The notes beneath the pieces are model-generated. The model ran no database searches. It was not told where the DNA came from and saw nothing but the letters and a program-made list of their open reading frames with translations. A stretch of DNA of 63,694 nucleotides, the filler included, from Octopus bimaculoides (lineage: Eukaryota): NCBI RefSeq assembly GCF_001194135.2. It is 6 parts of 6 records of this genome, joined end to end, with 100 filler letters (N's around TTAATTAATTAA, not from the genome) between each part and the next. Parts side by side here need not be neighbours in the genome. Positions count along the whole stretch, not along the records: positions 1 to 19,972 come from NC_068987.1; positions 20,073 to 28,857 come from NC_068991.1; 4 more parts are not named here. One strand, 5' to 3'. Positions 14,088 to 26,754 of this stretch are shown piece after piece; position 1 is the first letter of the stretch, and the number at the start of each line of letters is the position of its first letter. Position numbers and translations under genes: made by a program.

Positions 14088-14189
14088 CATACACACACGC
14101 ACATACATGCATGCATACATACACACACGCACATACATGCATGCATACATACACACACGCACATATATGCATGCATACATACACACACA
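14088..14189. repeat. 30-bp higher-order tandem repeat (~3.4 copies)
   Basis: Unit catacacacacgcacatacatgcatgcata repeated at 30-bp spacing. Confidence 0.9.
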
Positions 14190-14939
14190 TAGTTGGAAGT
14201 ATGTAACTTTTACTAGAAGAAAGTAATCATCAAAGTCTACACTGTCTAGAAAATTCTTAAAAATTCTAATTTTAATTTTTCTATCAACATGTGGTTATTG
14301 AAATTCTATTATTATCGAAGAATTTCAACAACAGAAAACTAATTTTAATTCACTGCAGGTTAATGTTTTTTTTTAATACAGGGAGATATTGTCGTGTCTC
14401 TCTTTTACACTTCATGGTGTTACTTCCTACAAATTAATCAGTAAAAAATTCTTCCAAATTATAAATTTAATGCAGTGTCAGCCAACTTATGTTGATTCCA
14501 TCAACCTTTCATATTTGGTAGATGTTTTTTAAAGAATTAAAGTAGTTTTAATTTACTTTCGCCACTTGTACCAAATACAAACTTGTCTCATTTTTTCCCT
14601 TCAGCTAAAATATTTGATTGTTGTACGCAATGTTTTTAAGACTGTTGTTTAGATTGTTATAGTACATGTTAAGGACTTTAACAGGAAATCTGTTATATAT
14701 TTCCGATAGGTAACTTTTTTGCTGCGATCTCCACTATTTGTGGAGGAATTCTAACTCTATCTTTGGTTGCTTGCTATTATTAAAAATTTACTTATTAAAC
14801 GAATGAGTGCTATTAGTTGAATGAAGGATGCAAACGTAAATTAGACGTAACATATGGGAAAAAATTGCACAAACTGGGAATCAAAAGTGTAAATATTATT
14901 TAGCGACTAGCAGAAAATAGCTTGAAGGTAAATGTGTGT

Positions 14940-15178
14940 TATTTCTTTACTACTCACAAGGGGCTACATACGGACGGGATAAACAAGGACAGACAAACGG
15001 ATTAAGTCGATTATATCGACCCCAGTGCGTAACTGGTACTTATACTTATTTAATCGACCCCGAAAGGATGAAAGGCAAAGTCGACCTCGGCGGAATTTGA
15101 ACTCAGAACGTCGCGGCAGACGAAATACCGCTAAGCATTTCGCCCGGCGTGCTAACGTTTCTACCAGCTCACCGCCTT
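14940..15178 (-). mobile_element. SINE family A (tail type 1), full length, 19-bp TSD
   Basis: TSD CTTGAAGGTAAATGTGTGT at 14921-14939 and 15176-15194. B box gagttcaaattcc. Confidence 0.95.
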
Positions 15179-15362
15179 GAAGGTAAATGTGTGTATGAAG
15201 GAGGAGAGAGAAAGAGAGAGGGAAAGTGAGAGAGAGCGAAAGAAAGAGAGAGTAAGTGAAAGAGAGATTTGGCTTCTCGTGTTGACGAACGTAATTCTAA
15301 AATTTTAAACTTGTAGTTAGCTCCTCACAGATTATGAATGCATACATACAATTTCTATGTAT

Positions 15363-15773
15363 TACTTGTTTCAGCCATAAGACTGCGGCCATGCTGGAGC
15401 ATCACCTTGAAGTACTTTAATTGAACGAATCGCCCCAGAACTTATCTTTTTAACCTTGGTATATTCTAGCAGTCTCTTTTTGCAGAACCGCTAAGTTACG
15501 AGTCGGGGTGGGTGGGGGTTAATACACCAACACCGGATTTCAAGCGGTGGAGGGGGAGCATTATACAAAGGCACGCGCATGGACACACACGCACACACAC
15601 ACACCCTCACACATACACACGATTGGATTCTTCCAGTATACGTCTACCAAATCCACTCACAAGATTTTGGTCGGCCCAAGACTTTAGTAGAAGCATTTCC
15701 TCATGGTGTCACGCATTTCCTCATGAACCCGAAACTATATGGTTGGGAAGCAAACAGCTTACCACACAGCGAC
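15363..15773 (-). mobile_element. SINE family E, near full length (tRNA head, core, internal CA/TG tract, tail)
   Basis: Head gctgtgtggtaagctgtttgcttcccaacc, internal microsatellite, and tail ...gctccagcatggccgcagtc...ctgaaacaagta, shared with other copies in the window. Confidence 0.85.
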
Positions 15774-16059
15774 GGTTGAGTGGACAAACAAAAGAGGCAC
15801 TCAACATAGTATTTAAAAGAGTTTGATTCGATCCCATCTGAAGGAAGCACACTGCTGGATAGAAAGCGAGGAGTCAACAATCAAAACAAACCTATCTGTT
15901 CATCGCTTTTCTACATGCATAGAGATAAATAATTAATTCGTTTTATTGGCCACAAGGGCTAATATCAATTAAAAACATGTAAGGACAAAGACAGGACGAA
16001 GGTTACAAAAGGTTTTGTCCGAAAAGGTAGAAACTTTCGTCTAAACAGAGGAAGAAAAC

Positions 16060-16524
16060 GAAGAAAGATATAACAAATAAATAGATAAATAAATGAATAA
16101 ATAGAACTCCCAAAGGGTGAGGCGCTTCGAAAAAGGAAAGGTTACACGTGGAAAAACCCACAAAACCACGGGAGCCTGGTCAGAAAAAAACAAGAAAGGG
16201 GTATAGAGCCATTTCTCCTTTTACATTACCTTTTTTTCTACATGTGTATTCTCAGAATTGGTCCGTTTATACTGGCCATTCTTCCAACAGTCACCCATCT
16301 TTCAACAAATTTGCTATGAGATAGCACTTCCCTCTCTACTCTCATCCTCCTTTTCAAGTGGAACTTGAAAAAGTGGATGAGGCCTTGGCCAAAGAGGAAA
16401 GTGTCTGACTTTAGCCCTTTCAAACGGGTCCACCATATCACCTCCTTCAAATAATAACCAGGGTAACTATTAGAGCTAGCACGAAAAAGACAAGATGGCT
16501 GCCGGAAGTAAACGTCATGCTGAT
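16060..16524 (-). mobile_element. Tx1/L1-clade LINE 3' end
   Basis: ORF KEVIWWTRL...HFFKFHLKRRMRVEREVLS resembles the C-terminus of the 54-56 kb LINE; followed by a pyrimidine-rich 3' UTR. Confidence 0.7.
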
Positions 16525-17293
16525 NNNNNNNNNNNNNNNNNNNNNNNNNNNNNNNNNNNNNNNNNNNNNNNNNNNNNNNNNNNNNNNNNNNNNNNNNNNN
16601 NNNNNNNNNNNNNNNNNNNNNNNNNNNNNNNNNNNNNNNNNNNNNNNNNNNNNNNNNNNNNNNNNNNNNNNNNNNNNNNNNNNNNNNNNNNNNNNNNNNN
16701 NNNNNNNNNNNNNNNNNNNNNNNNNNNNNNNNNNNNNNNNNNNNNNNNNNNNNNNNNNNNNNNNNNNNNNNNNNNNNNNNNNNNNNNNNNNNNNNNNNNN
16801 NNNNNNNNNNNNNNNNNNNNNNNNNNNNNNNNNNNNNNNNNNNNNNNNNNNNNNNNNNNNNNNATATATGCGTTTAGAAGCGTTGAGATGTCTTAGAAAG
16901 TTAAAGAAGTGATTTTAAATTCTCAAAGAAGTGAGAATCACTACTTTAACTTTCTAAGACATCTCAACACTTCTAAAAGCAAACTTTGTTTGTTTGTTTA
17001 CGTTCATCGTGTCGCTCGGTCATGCATGCACAATTGCCAGCATCGTCAGATTTGCAAACTGGAATATCATATTGATGACGAAATGAAAAGTTTTTACTTT
17101 TCTAAGCCAGAAACGCGTCTATGATTAACTAAGACTGGTTAGTTTCGTTATTTTTTCTTCTTCTTTTGCCTATGTGAGTTACAAGTATTGCTATCTGTTG
17201 GAGTTTCAGCACTTTAGCTGCTTTTTCTGAACTTCGGCATGTGGTGAAGCAACTGTTGCGGATCCCTTAATTATGTTTATATATATATATAAT

Positions 17294-17547
17294 ACAAATA
17301 ATAAATGAGTATATGCATATATACGTACATGTATGTACATACCTACATCTACCTGTATATATAGATGCATATCTGGGTACAGGACGTTGCAAACAAAACG
17401 TAGACAAAATGATAAACAAAGTACAGATATATATATATATATACTTGTTTGCAATGTCCTGTACCCAGATATGCACCTATACATACAGGTGAATGTCGGT
17501 ATGCACATACCTGTACGTATATATGCATATACTCATTTACTATTTGT
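17294..17547. repeat. 103-bp inverted repeat with a ~48-nt spacer (fold-back/MITE-like)
   Basis: Arms 17294-17396 and 17445-17547 are reverse complements with only scattered mismatches. Confidence 0.9.
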
Positions 17548-17587
17548 TTANNNNNNNNNNNNNNNNNNNNNNNNNNNNNNNNNNNNN

Positions 17588-17625
<38 letters not shown>

Positions 17626-17653
17626 ATGAATGTATGTATGTATGTGTGTATGT

Positions 17654-17880
17654 ATACAGGGTAGGTGGAACATAACTAGGCATTAGCAATTACTTATAGA
17701 ATTTTTAGTATCACTGAAGTCATGACGAATACATGTTTTAAATAGACAACACTAATGGGGATTTCTTATTTTCTTATTGTCTTATTTCTTATTTCCCAAA
17801 TGACCGGTCGCTTGACTGTTCAGGAGCGAGCTAAGTTAGCAGTACGCTATGACATGTGGAATTCCATTGTTTTAGTTCAT
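17654..17880 (+). mobile_element. Tc1/mariner-superfamily 5' end relic
   Basis: TA-CAGGGT terminus and ORF start MTGRLTVQERAKLAVRYDMWNSIVLVH at 17800, resembling a transposase N-terminal HTH. Confidence 0.5.
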
Positions 17881-18229
17881 AATGTAGGAGAAGTGAATTA
17901 TTTGCAGAAAATCTAGCTGCTATTTCTAGCAGTTGGGGCTGCTACGTGGTGACCCCTTATTCTTGATTCTTCTGTGGTTTTTCAACTCTTTGTCAATCGT
18001 GGTACAGTAGATTTAGGGTCAAAATCATTCCAATCAAAGTTATCCTGTGTTCTCATATATCGGGAACTGACAAACACTATCTTATGTGTCTTGTTTTCTT
18101 TTAAACGACAACAGGCTGGAATTTGAGGGAAATTTGTCTATTATTTCTAGCACGTAACTGAACCACAAATTTGAACCCTTGCAAGCTCATTGATGGTAAT
18201 GTTCATGATATTAGCGATAATGACATTGG

Positions 18230-18473
18230 TTGAGGATGGTGGTGATAATTGTGGTGATTTTGAAAGTGGTAACTGTAATGATGGAGGTGGTGGTGGTGGT
18301 GACGGTCTTGCCGGTGAAGGTGGTAGTGTCGATGGAGGTGAGATGATGATGATGATGATGATGATGATAATGGAGTTGATGGTGATGACGGAAGCGTTGG
18401 TGGTGATAATGATGATGGCGATCATGAAAGAGGACACGAGAAGGAAGGGCAAAAGAAAATATAAAAGACGAAA

Positions 18474-18506
<33 letters not shown>

Positions 18507-19000
18507 GGTGGTTCGGACGAGTAGGAAAGAAAAGAAATAAAACTAATGATGGTGATGATGACGATGATGATGACGACGATGATGATGACGACGATGATGA
18601 TGATAGCGGAAGTGTTAGTGGTGATGGTGGTAGTGTTGGTGGTGGTGGTGATGATGATGAAGATGATGATGATTATGATGGCGACGGCGACGATGACGAG
18701 GACGACGGTGATGACAACGTTGACGACGACCTTGACAACGATGTCTGTGATGGAGTTTATGCAGATAGTGGCGGTGGTGGCGGTGGCAGTGGTGGCGATG
18801 GTGGTGGTGGAGGCGGCGGTGGTGGTGGAGGCGGTGNNNNNNNNNNNNNNNNNNNNNNNNNNNNNNNNNNNNNNNNNNNNNNNNNNNNNNNNNNNNNNNN
18901 NNNNNNNNNNNNNNNNNNNNNNNNNNNNNNNNNNNNNNNNNNNNNGTGGTGGTGGTGGTGGTGGTGGAGGGGCAGTAGTGGTGGTGGTCTCGGTGGGTGG

Positions 19001-19053
<53 letters not shown>

Positions 19054-19075
19054 GTCACGACGACGACGACGATGT
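18230..19075. repeat. Compound GGT/GAT/GAC trinucleotide low-complexity region
   Basis: Runs of (GAT)n, (GGT)n, (GTA)n and (GAC)n. Confidence 0.9.
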
Positions 19076-19442
19076 AAATGAGGAATGAGGAAAGAAAAAC
19101 AGGAGGAAGTGGGAGTGTGGCGGGATCGAGTACAAAGCTGTCGTCTCAACCACCTGTTCCTTCACCTTACAGAGTTTCCGAGACATTCTGACGCCAAACA
19201 TGCGGTGAGAAGTTGGGGCGGGAAACGATGGAAGTAGAAAGACAAAATGGAAAAGAACACCGACCAAACTGCTCCTGTATATCTTGACTCTCTCTCTCTA
19301 CTCCTCTCTCTTCTTTTCGTCTCTTCTCCCCTCCATCTCTTTCTCTCTCTCTTTCCCTCTTTTTCTCTCTCTGAACTCATTCCATGCGATTCCGTCATTT
19401 TGTACAGATTCCACCATCCAAATGTGTTCAAAAACACACACA

Positions 19443-19516
<74 letters not shown>

Positions 19517-19934
19517 CACACAGATATATACACAGATACATATATACATGCATGGACAAATATTCCTACACATAAACACATGGAAATATACACACACACA
19601 TAACGATTCTCTCAAAGACAGAATGCGCTCTTAGGTTTCCATAAATGCCATGTGTGCGAATGCATACATACATACATACATACATACATACATGCGTATA
19701 TACATACATACATACATACATACATACATGCATACATACATATATACATACATACATACATACAGGCATACATACATACATGCATACATACATACATACA
19801 TACATACATACATACATGCATGCATGCATACATACATATAAATTATTTTTAATGTTCGATTTGTATTTATATATATGTGTGTGTGTGTGTATGTGTGTGT
19901 ATAATATATATAATATTATATATATGTATGTATG

Positions 19935-19972
<38 letters not shown>

Positions 19973-21589
19973 NNNNNNNNNNNNNNNNNNNNNNNNNNNN
20001 NNNNNNNNNNNNNNNNTTAATTAATTAANNNNNNNNNNNNNNNNNNNNNNNNNNNNNNNNNNNNNNNNNNNNGTTGTGGAAGCAATTAGTAGCAGGAATA
20101 ACTGGGAGTGGTTGTGGACAATGGTCAGTAGAAAGTGGGCAGGCAGTTTTTTAGAATTTGTGTGTGTGCGTGTATGTGTGTTGTGTGGGTGTGATTTTCT
20201 AGCAGTGTGTGCCTGTATTTTTGTGTGCGTGTGTGTATGTGTATATATATGTGTGTGTACGTGTGTGTGTATATGCGTACGGTTTGCTCTGTGGATCGCA
20301 CGTGGGTTATTTTCTTTGTTGATATCCACCTCAGTTAATTTTGCTTTTCTCCCAGTCCTGTGCTTTCTGGAAGAAAAGCCCTCACATTATTTCAAAACTA
20401 CGAGAGTTCACTAACATGAGTTGTTTATTATTTTAAAGAGATTTCGTAGAGGAATTAGATACAACGGGTTTGGGCTGGTTTAAATACAAAAGAGTTAAAA
20501 AGTGCCAAAACTATAAAATTAGCTTTTTTGGTCTTTTTGAGGGCTTTAGAACTCAAATGCTATATAGTTGAGGAGAAATTTTGCATATCAGGAGAGAGGA
20601 TCGTTGAAGTGTATATGGGACACTGTCGCTTTGAGTGCCAAAATGTGTGCTGTCAGTGACTGGACAGGAGCGCGTGAGGGCGTATACAGAAATGCAGGTG
20701 CACGTTTCGAAATTGTTTGTAAAATAAGTTCAGGTGAGCGAGTGAGTGAGTGTATTCTCAATCCATGATATGAAAGATCTTCCTGCAGGGTTGCAGTGTG
20801 TGAAATGCCTGGAATGTTTTTACAAAGTGAAATGCATCTGGTGCTTTTGTCGTGGTAAATTGCTGAGTTAGCAAGGACGACAGTGTAAGCATGCTGGAGA
20901 GATGCGCGAGACATATTTTTCTCTGTTAATAACGTGACCAAACAGGGGGAAATTATGTCTAAACATGAGCGCAGAGCATGTAAACATCTGACGTGCTTTG
21001 AGTCGGGAGAGGAATTGAGCTGACGCAGACGTGTTGCAAAACAAGGCAGTAGATGCATAATAGAGATGCATGTGCATGTTGTGCAATAGGGCTTGTAAGC
21101 CTGAGGCTAATGTTAGTGCATTGATTACAAATACAGAGCACAGTATTGAATATACCAGTGGTTAAGGCAGAGTTGAACATGGCAGCCGGTGCATGAGGTA
21201 TATGCTTCGATCGCTCAGGAATAAAAGTGTGGCATGCTGGCGCGTTGTAAGAGACAAACAACTTTCTCTATCTATGACCGACCTAGGGTCTTACAGAGAT
21301 GAGTTATGTCTACAAGGGTGCAGATAGCATGGAAAACAAGCTAGAAAGGCATGTATGATGCATGAACGTGACGGAGTTAGCATGTGTGTTTGTATGAACC
21401 ATGTGTGCAGATGCGTGCGCATGGCCAGGGGCTGAGGAAAGGTATATGCATGTATATATGCAACAATACATTTTCAAAGTGAAGGAGAAAAAATATATAC
21501 ATGCAAAATGCAACATGCGATAATGCGACTGAAAGAAAGTGGAAGTGTAAAATATGAATAAAATTGAGAAGGCATGCAAACAAAAATTC

Positions 21590-23000
21590 AGGTCATGAAT
21601 AAATGTTCAGTTCATGAATAAAATTTTCAGTTCAAGAATAAAATGTTCAGTTCATTTGAGTCTGATAGAATGTAAGCAGAATCAATTTTAATTTAATATG
21701 ATAAACAGGAATTTGAATTAATGCAATGTAAGTGTTACAGTTATGGTCCTTGTGAAGTTCAGTGGAAAAAAAAGAATAAGGTGTGTAGCTGTTCGTGTAG
21801 AAATTAAGGCATTGGTGCCTGTAAATCACTCACCTGAAATTTTTTTTAAATAGAAAACTTGTATGTATTTCGCCGGCCAGCGGACTCTTCACCTGCTTCT
21901 TGTTCGAGTTTGCTGTGAAGACGTTGTATGTATGTGCTCCCATATTTTCTTCCAGTTAGTTTCTGGGCACGCAACTGTAGAAATGATGCCTTTATTGGCT
22001 TCCGTGGTCCGCAAACTCCTTGTGCAATGTTGCATCTTGCGAAGTGCATCGTGGATTGCATCGCAGTATAGAGCTTTCTGTAGCAGGTCGAAGGATGGTG
22101 CATCTTGGTGGTGACGAAGGTTGTCATTCTTTTTCTTTGGTTTAGCGACTATTGATATTCTAGTTCTTTAGTTCGAATCAGCAAAATGCAGTGGCATGTA
22201 GCATCGGAAGGTATCAATTCTCTTGACACGAGTCACCAATTTGTTGGTAATGCAGCTTCAGAAGACAGCGATTCTTTTTTCACGGGGTCACCAATTGTAG
22301 CTGTTGGTAATGCAGCTTCAGAAGGCAGCGATTATTTTCCCACAGGGTCACCAGTTGTAACGGTTAGGTTTTAATTAATGTAGTTACCAATTGTAACGGG
22401 TAAGATTGATTAGGTACACAATAATATGAAATGTCGGAGTCAGCAGTTGTAGCAATAAAAATTTGTTGTTATAACAGCACGTTGTAAGATGTGAAAGATG
22501 GACAATGCTTGAAGTTTTAAGAAAATATTTATTTAACCGTTACATTGAATATATTACCTTGCCTCGATGGGCAGGTGATAAAAATCGTAAAGCATGCGAA
22601 GTAAAGATAGATATAGATTTTCCTTGCATAGTTTGTGTTTGTGTTCTCGTCATCGTTTAGTAGTAATTGGAGAGAGAGATAGAATGATATTGTAAGAGAA
22701 CAGAATTAGAGCTAGTGATAGTGAGAGAGTGTGGGACGTTGTCTTTCTTTTCCCCTCTGGCCGTTTTGTCTGCCTGCCTCCATGATTCTAGTGGTCGGTT
22801 CACTAACTGATGTTAGCTCTCTTTCAACTCACGAGTTATCACCAAAGTGACTAACTGTCTTTTGCTTGCGGGTTCTTGTTTCTATAACTATCTACAAGGA
22901 TAGACATACCGTTGAGAACAATGAGCTTCGGTGGTGGTACTGTGATATCTCTATTCTAGCTTTTGGTAATGTAGAAGGGGTTATAAGGGTCAAGTGGTGA
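21590..23000 (-). mobile_element. Probable piggyBac-like transposase C-terminal relic with subterminal ~19-bp repeats
   Basis: Degenerate minus-strand motifs KKDNVPHSLTI, IFHILQRAV and a Cys/His-rich tail (LIPSDATCHC...RMTTFV); ~19-bp repeats at 21590-21656. TTAA-bounded TIRs not found. Confidence 0.35.
22233..22361. repeat. ~60-bp tandem repeat (~2.3 copies)
   Basis: tcaccaatt...gttggtaatgcagcttcagaag.cagcgatt repeated. Confidence 0.85.
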
Positions 23001-23189
23001 AGACTTTATTTCGGCCTAACTAAAGGCAATCTGGCAAATATTAAACTGCTGTGAGAGAAAAACCATTGTTCCACCGTGAGAAAAGTTCTGTTGAACTGTT
23101 AATTTAAATTTGGCTATGGTGGATCGAATCCACTTCATGCTTGCAAGATTCACTACACACGTATGTATAAACTCATGTGTGTATAAACT

Positions 23190-23378
23190 CTGTCTTTGTC
23201 TCTCACCACCGCTTGACAACCGTTGCTAGTGTGTTTACGTCCCCAATAGAATAAGTACTTGGCTTAATAACAAAAAAAGCCAGGGGTCGATTTGTTCGAC
23301 TAAAAACCCTTGAAGGCGGCGCTCCAGCATGGTCACAGTCAAATGACTGAAACAAGTAAAAGGTAAAAAGAATAAGAG
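23190..23378 (+). mobile_element. SINE family E tail fragment
   Basis: ccgcttgacaacc...gtgtttacgtcccc...ggggtcgatttgttcgactaaa...gctccagcatgg..cagtcaaatgactgaaacaagtaaaag. Confidence 0.85.
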
Positions 23379-25775
23379 ATATCTATTAATGCTGAGACTG
23401 CATTTGTATTATCCAATGTGTTCCGATTTATTTAATGTAGTATTGGGGTTTGAAAGATATTTAGCTGTTATTTCTGTCAGATCGAGCGTCCACATAATCG
23501 CCCTTCTTTCATCTCCTGCGATTGTAAACGGGTATGGTTTTACGCGAAGGTAATTTAATATTAGCCGCGAAGACTTTAAGGTATAATAAACTAGTCATGA
23601 CAGGGAGTCGAAAAATTCGTTAGATTCGCCTGAAATTTGTTGATGATTGTTTGCGAACATCGCTTAAATAACATGATAGGTATTCATTGTTTTACATATC
23701 TACGGAAAGTTGTAATATTTGTGACTTTCTTTAAAAGCTAATTTATGATGTAAGCAACAAAATTCTTCATATGCGTGGAAAAAAATTATGGAAAAGTAGG
23801 AGAAAGAAAAAATCTAGGGGAGATAACTCTCAAATAAAGTAATCTTCCTTAGATTTCTAATATGACAGCTTATTGTCGGAAACTTGATAATTATTTTATA
23901 GTCGGATATATTCTATCGTATATACATACTCGTGGTATATATTGTGTGACGGGGGCTTATGTAAGTGTTGCACAACAAATCTCGTAAATGAATTTCCTTC
24001 GAAAAAAATCCCAGTTATTCAGTCTTTTCGCAGTTGTTAATATTGTAGGGATATAAAACGGTGAAGAATAGTATATATATATATATATATATAATTCATA
24101 CGCAAAACGAAGTCGAATATGGGTATATTAAATGCCACACAAGAAAGATTATTAACTTACTGAAATTATCTCGGCTTCAGGGATCGGAGAACAATCGTCT
24201 AGTGGTAATTGGTACCAACTCCAAATGCGATCAGGAGATAATCTCAAGAATTCTCCAAAATTGACATGGTATTAAGAAAAAGACAAATTGACTGGTGATA
24301 AGGTTGCAATGGCGGACATATGTTTCTGCCTCAGTAGGCGTCCTCAGCTCAGCACAGCAATTCTCATAGCTTATTTCTTGTAATATATATATATATATAT
24401 ATANNNNNNNNNNNNNNNNNNNNNNNNNNNNNNNNNNNNNNNNNNNNNNNNNNNNNNNNNNNNNNNNNNNNNNNNNNNNNNNNNNNNNNNNNNNNNNNNN
24501 NNNNNNNNNNNNNNNNNNNNNNNNNNNNNNNNNNNNNNNNNNNNNNNNNNNNNNNNNNNNNNNNNNNNNNNNNNNNNNNNNNNNNNNNNNNNNNNNNNNN
24601 NNNNNNNNNNNNNNNNNNNNNNNNNNNNNNNNNNNNNNNNNNNNNNNNNNNNNNNNNNNNNNNNNNNNNNNNNNNNNNNNNNNNNNNNNNNNNNNNNNNN
24701 NNNNNNNNNNNNNNNNNNNNNNNNNNNNNNNNNNNNNNNNNNNNNNNNNNNNNNNNNNNNNNNNNNNNNNNNNNNNNNNNNNNNNNNNNNNNNNNNNNNN
24801 NNNNNNNNNNNNNNNNNNNNNNNNNNNNNNNNNNNNNNNNNNNNNNNNNNNNNNNNNNNNNNNNNNNNNNNNNNNNNNNNNNNNNNNNNNNNNNNNNNNN
24901 NNNNNNNNNNNNNNNNNNNNNNNNNNNNNNNNNNNNNNNNNNNNNNNNNNNNNNNNNNNNNNNNNNNNNNNNNNNNNNNNNNNNNNNNNNNNNNNNNNNN
25001 NNNNNNNNNNNNNNNNNNNNNNNNNNNNNNNNNNNNNNNNNNNNNNNNNNNNNNNNNNNNNNNNNNNNNNNNNNNNNNNNNNNNNNNNNNNNNNNATATT
25101 ATATATTATATATTTCATATTCTATATCCCACATAAATTTTACAAGAATATAAATAAAAAACATAAAAAACAGACAGAGTTGGAACTCTTTTAAATAAAA
25201 TAATATATATATATATATATTTCCAACTTTACCATTGCTCTCTTTATCTTTTTATATATTTATACATACACACACTAATACACGACTTATAATCCCCAAT
25301 CCTGTTCATACAACGACTGGGGCAAAACTAGTCGGTATACAGCAATTACTCGGTATTACCTGTATCTTTTTGGGTTTGGTTAAATCCAATACCCTCCTCA
25401 ACCTTGTTATATATATATATATATATAAGATAAATATAAAAAAGATATGTGTGTGTACATATATATATATATAACAGATATATGTGTATGTACATATATA
25501 TATATACATATATATATATGCATACATACATAATATCTATCTAACTATCTATCTATCTATCTATCTATAATGCGCGCACAGTCATTCGCACGTATATAAG
25601 ACGGGGTTCCGCATAGTTATCGTCTTACAAATTTTTGTCACCACAAAGTTATTATAGAAAACACTTGCCGGTTGAAGTGGTGGGTTACATGTTTGAATAA
25701 TCTGTTGTTGATGTGTCTCAAGTTCAAAATATGTTCTGTAAATGGATTAACCAACCGCCGATAAGTGTCATTAAT

Positions 25776-26158
25776 TGTTGGCACTCCGTCGCTTACGACG
25801 TCGAGGGTTCCAGTTGATCTGATCAACGGAACAGCCTGCTCGTGAAATTGACGTGCAAGTGGCTGAGCACTCCACAGACACGTGTACCCTTAACGTAGTT
25901 CTCGGGGATATTCAGCGTGACACAGTTTGACAAGGCTGACCCCTTGAATTACAGGCACAACAGAAACAGGAAGTAAGAGTGAGAGAAAGTTGTGGTGAAA
26001 GAGTACAGCAGGGTTCGCCACCATCCCCTGCCGGAGCCTCGTGGAGCTTTAGGTGTTTTCGCTCAATAAACACTCACATCGCCCGGTCTGGGAATCGAAA
26101 CCGCGATCCTATGACCGCGAGTCCACTGCCCTAACCACTGCACCATTGCGCCTCCACT
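25776..26158 (-). mobile_element. SINE family B, full length, 12-bp TSD
   Basis: TSD AGTGTCATTAAT at 25764-25775 and 26159-26170. Confidence 0.95.
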
Positions 26159-26521
26159 AGTGTCATTAATATACCATAATCTATAAGCAGAGAATTTTGT
26201 GGAATAGACGCTGATTTTGGAGGTAGAACTGTCGGTGAAAGATGAATTAAGGTATATTTAGAATGGTGATGTTTTAAAGAAGGACCTGTGTTTCAGTGAG
26301 AGCGAAAATAGGCAAATAGGCAAATAGGCACAGGATTCAAGTTAATTAAGGTAAGGGATGAAGGAACTGTGGACCAGAAAGCCATGCAGTTTACGGTGGT
26401 GTCTGAAGAAAGGGAGAGGGTGTTCAAGGAGAAGAGGAAGAAGAAGAAGAAGAAAAAGAAGCGAAGTGTTGGGTCGGATTAGAAGAGTCGGCAGTTCCAT
26501 AGGATGGTGTGTTAGAAAGGT

Positions 26522-26754
26522 AAGGCGGCGAGCTGGCAGAAACGTTAGCACGCCGGGCGAAATGCTTAGCGGTATTTCGTCTGCCGCTACGTTCTGAGTT
26601 CAAATTCCGCCGAGGTCGACTTTGTCTTTCATCCTTTCGGAGTCGATTAAATAAGTACCAGTTACGCACTGGGGTCGATGTAATCGACTTAATCCGTTTG
26701 TCTGTTCTTGTTTATCCCCTCTGTGTGTAGCCCCTTGTGGGCAGTAAAGAAAAA
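26522..26754 (+). mobile_element. SINE family A (tail type 1), full length, 11-bp TSD
   Basis: TSD AGAAAGGTAAG at 26514-26524 and 26755-26765; tRNA-like head with B box gagttcaaattcc. Confidence 0.95.

Noticed and set aside
14230-14830. Faint Penelope-like RT echoes on the minus strand
   Set aside because: The motifs are too degenerate to support a call.
20017-20028. TTAATTAATTAA islands inside N runs (also 28902, 51510, 59851 and 61793)
   Set aside because: The identical 12-mer, with stops in all six frames, is always centred in a gap. It is a scaffolding linker, not biology.
21590-22361. Short spaced repeats considered as a CRISPR-like array
   Set aside because: These are tandem repeats without unique spacers, in a eukaryotic transposon context with no cas genes.
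23487-23555. Plus-strand exon-like stretch (IERPHNRPSF...)
   Set aside because: The acceptor lies in a repeat-like motif (tagctg.tatttct..cag) that also occurs near 17910, and there is no other support.
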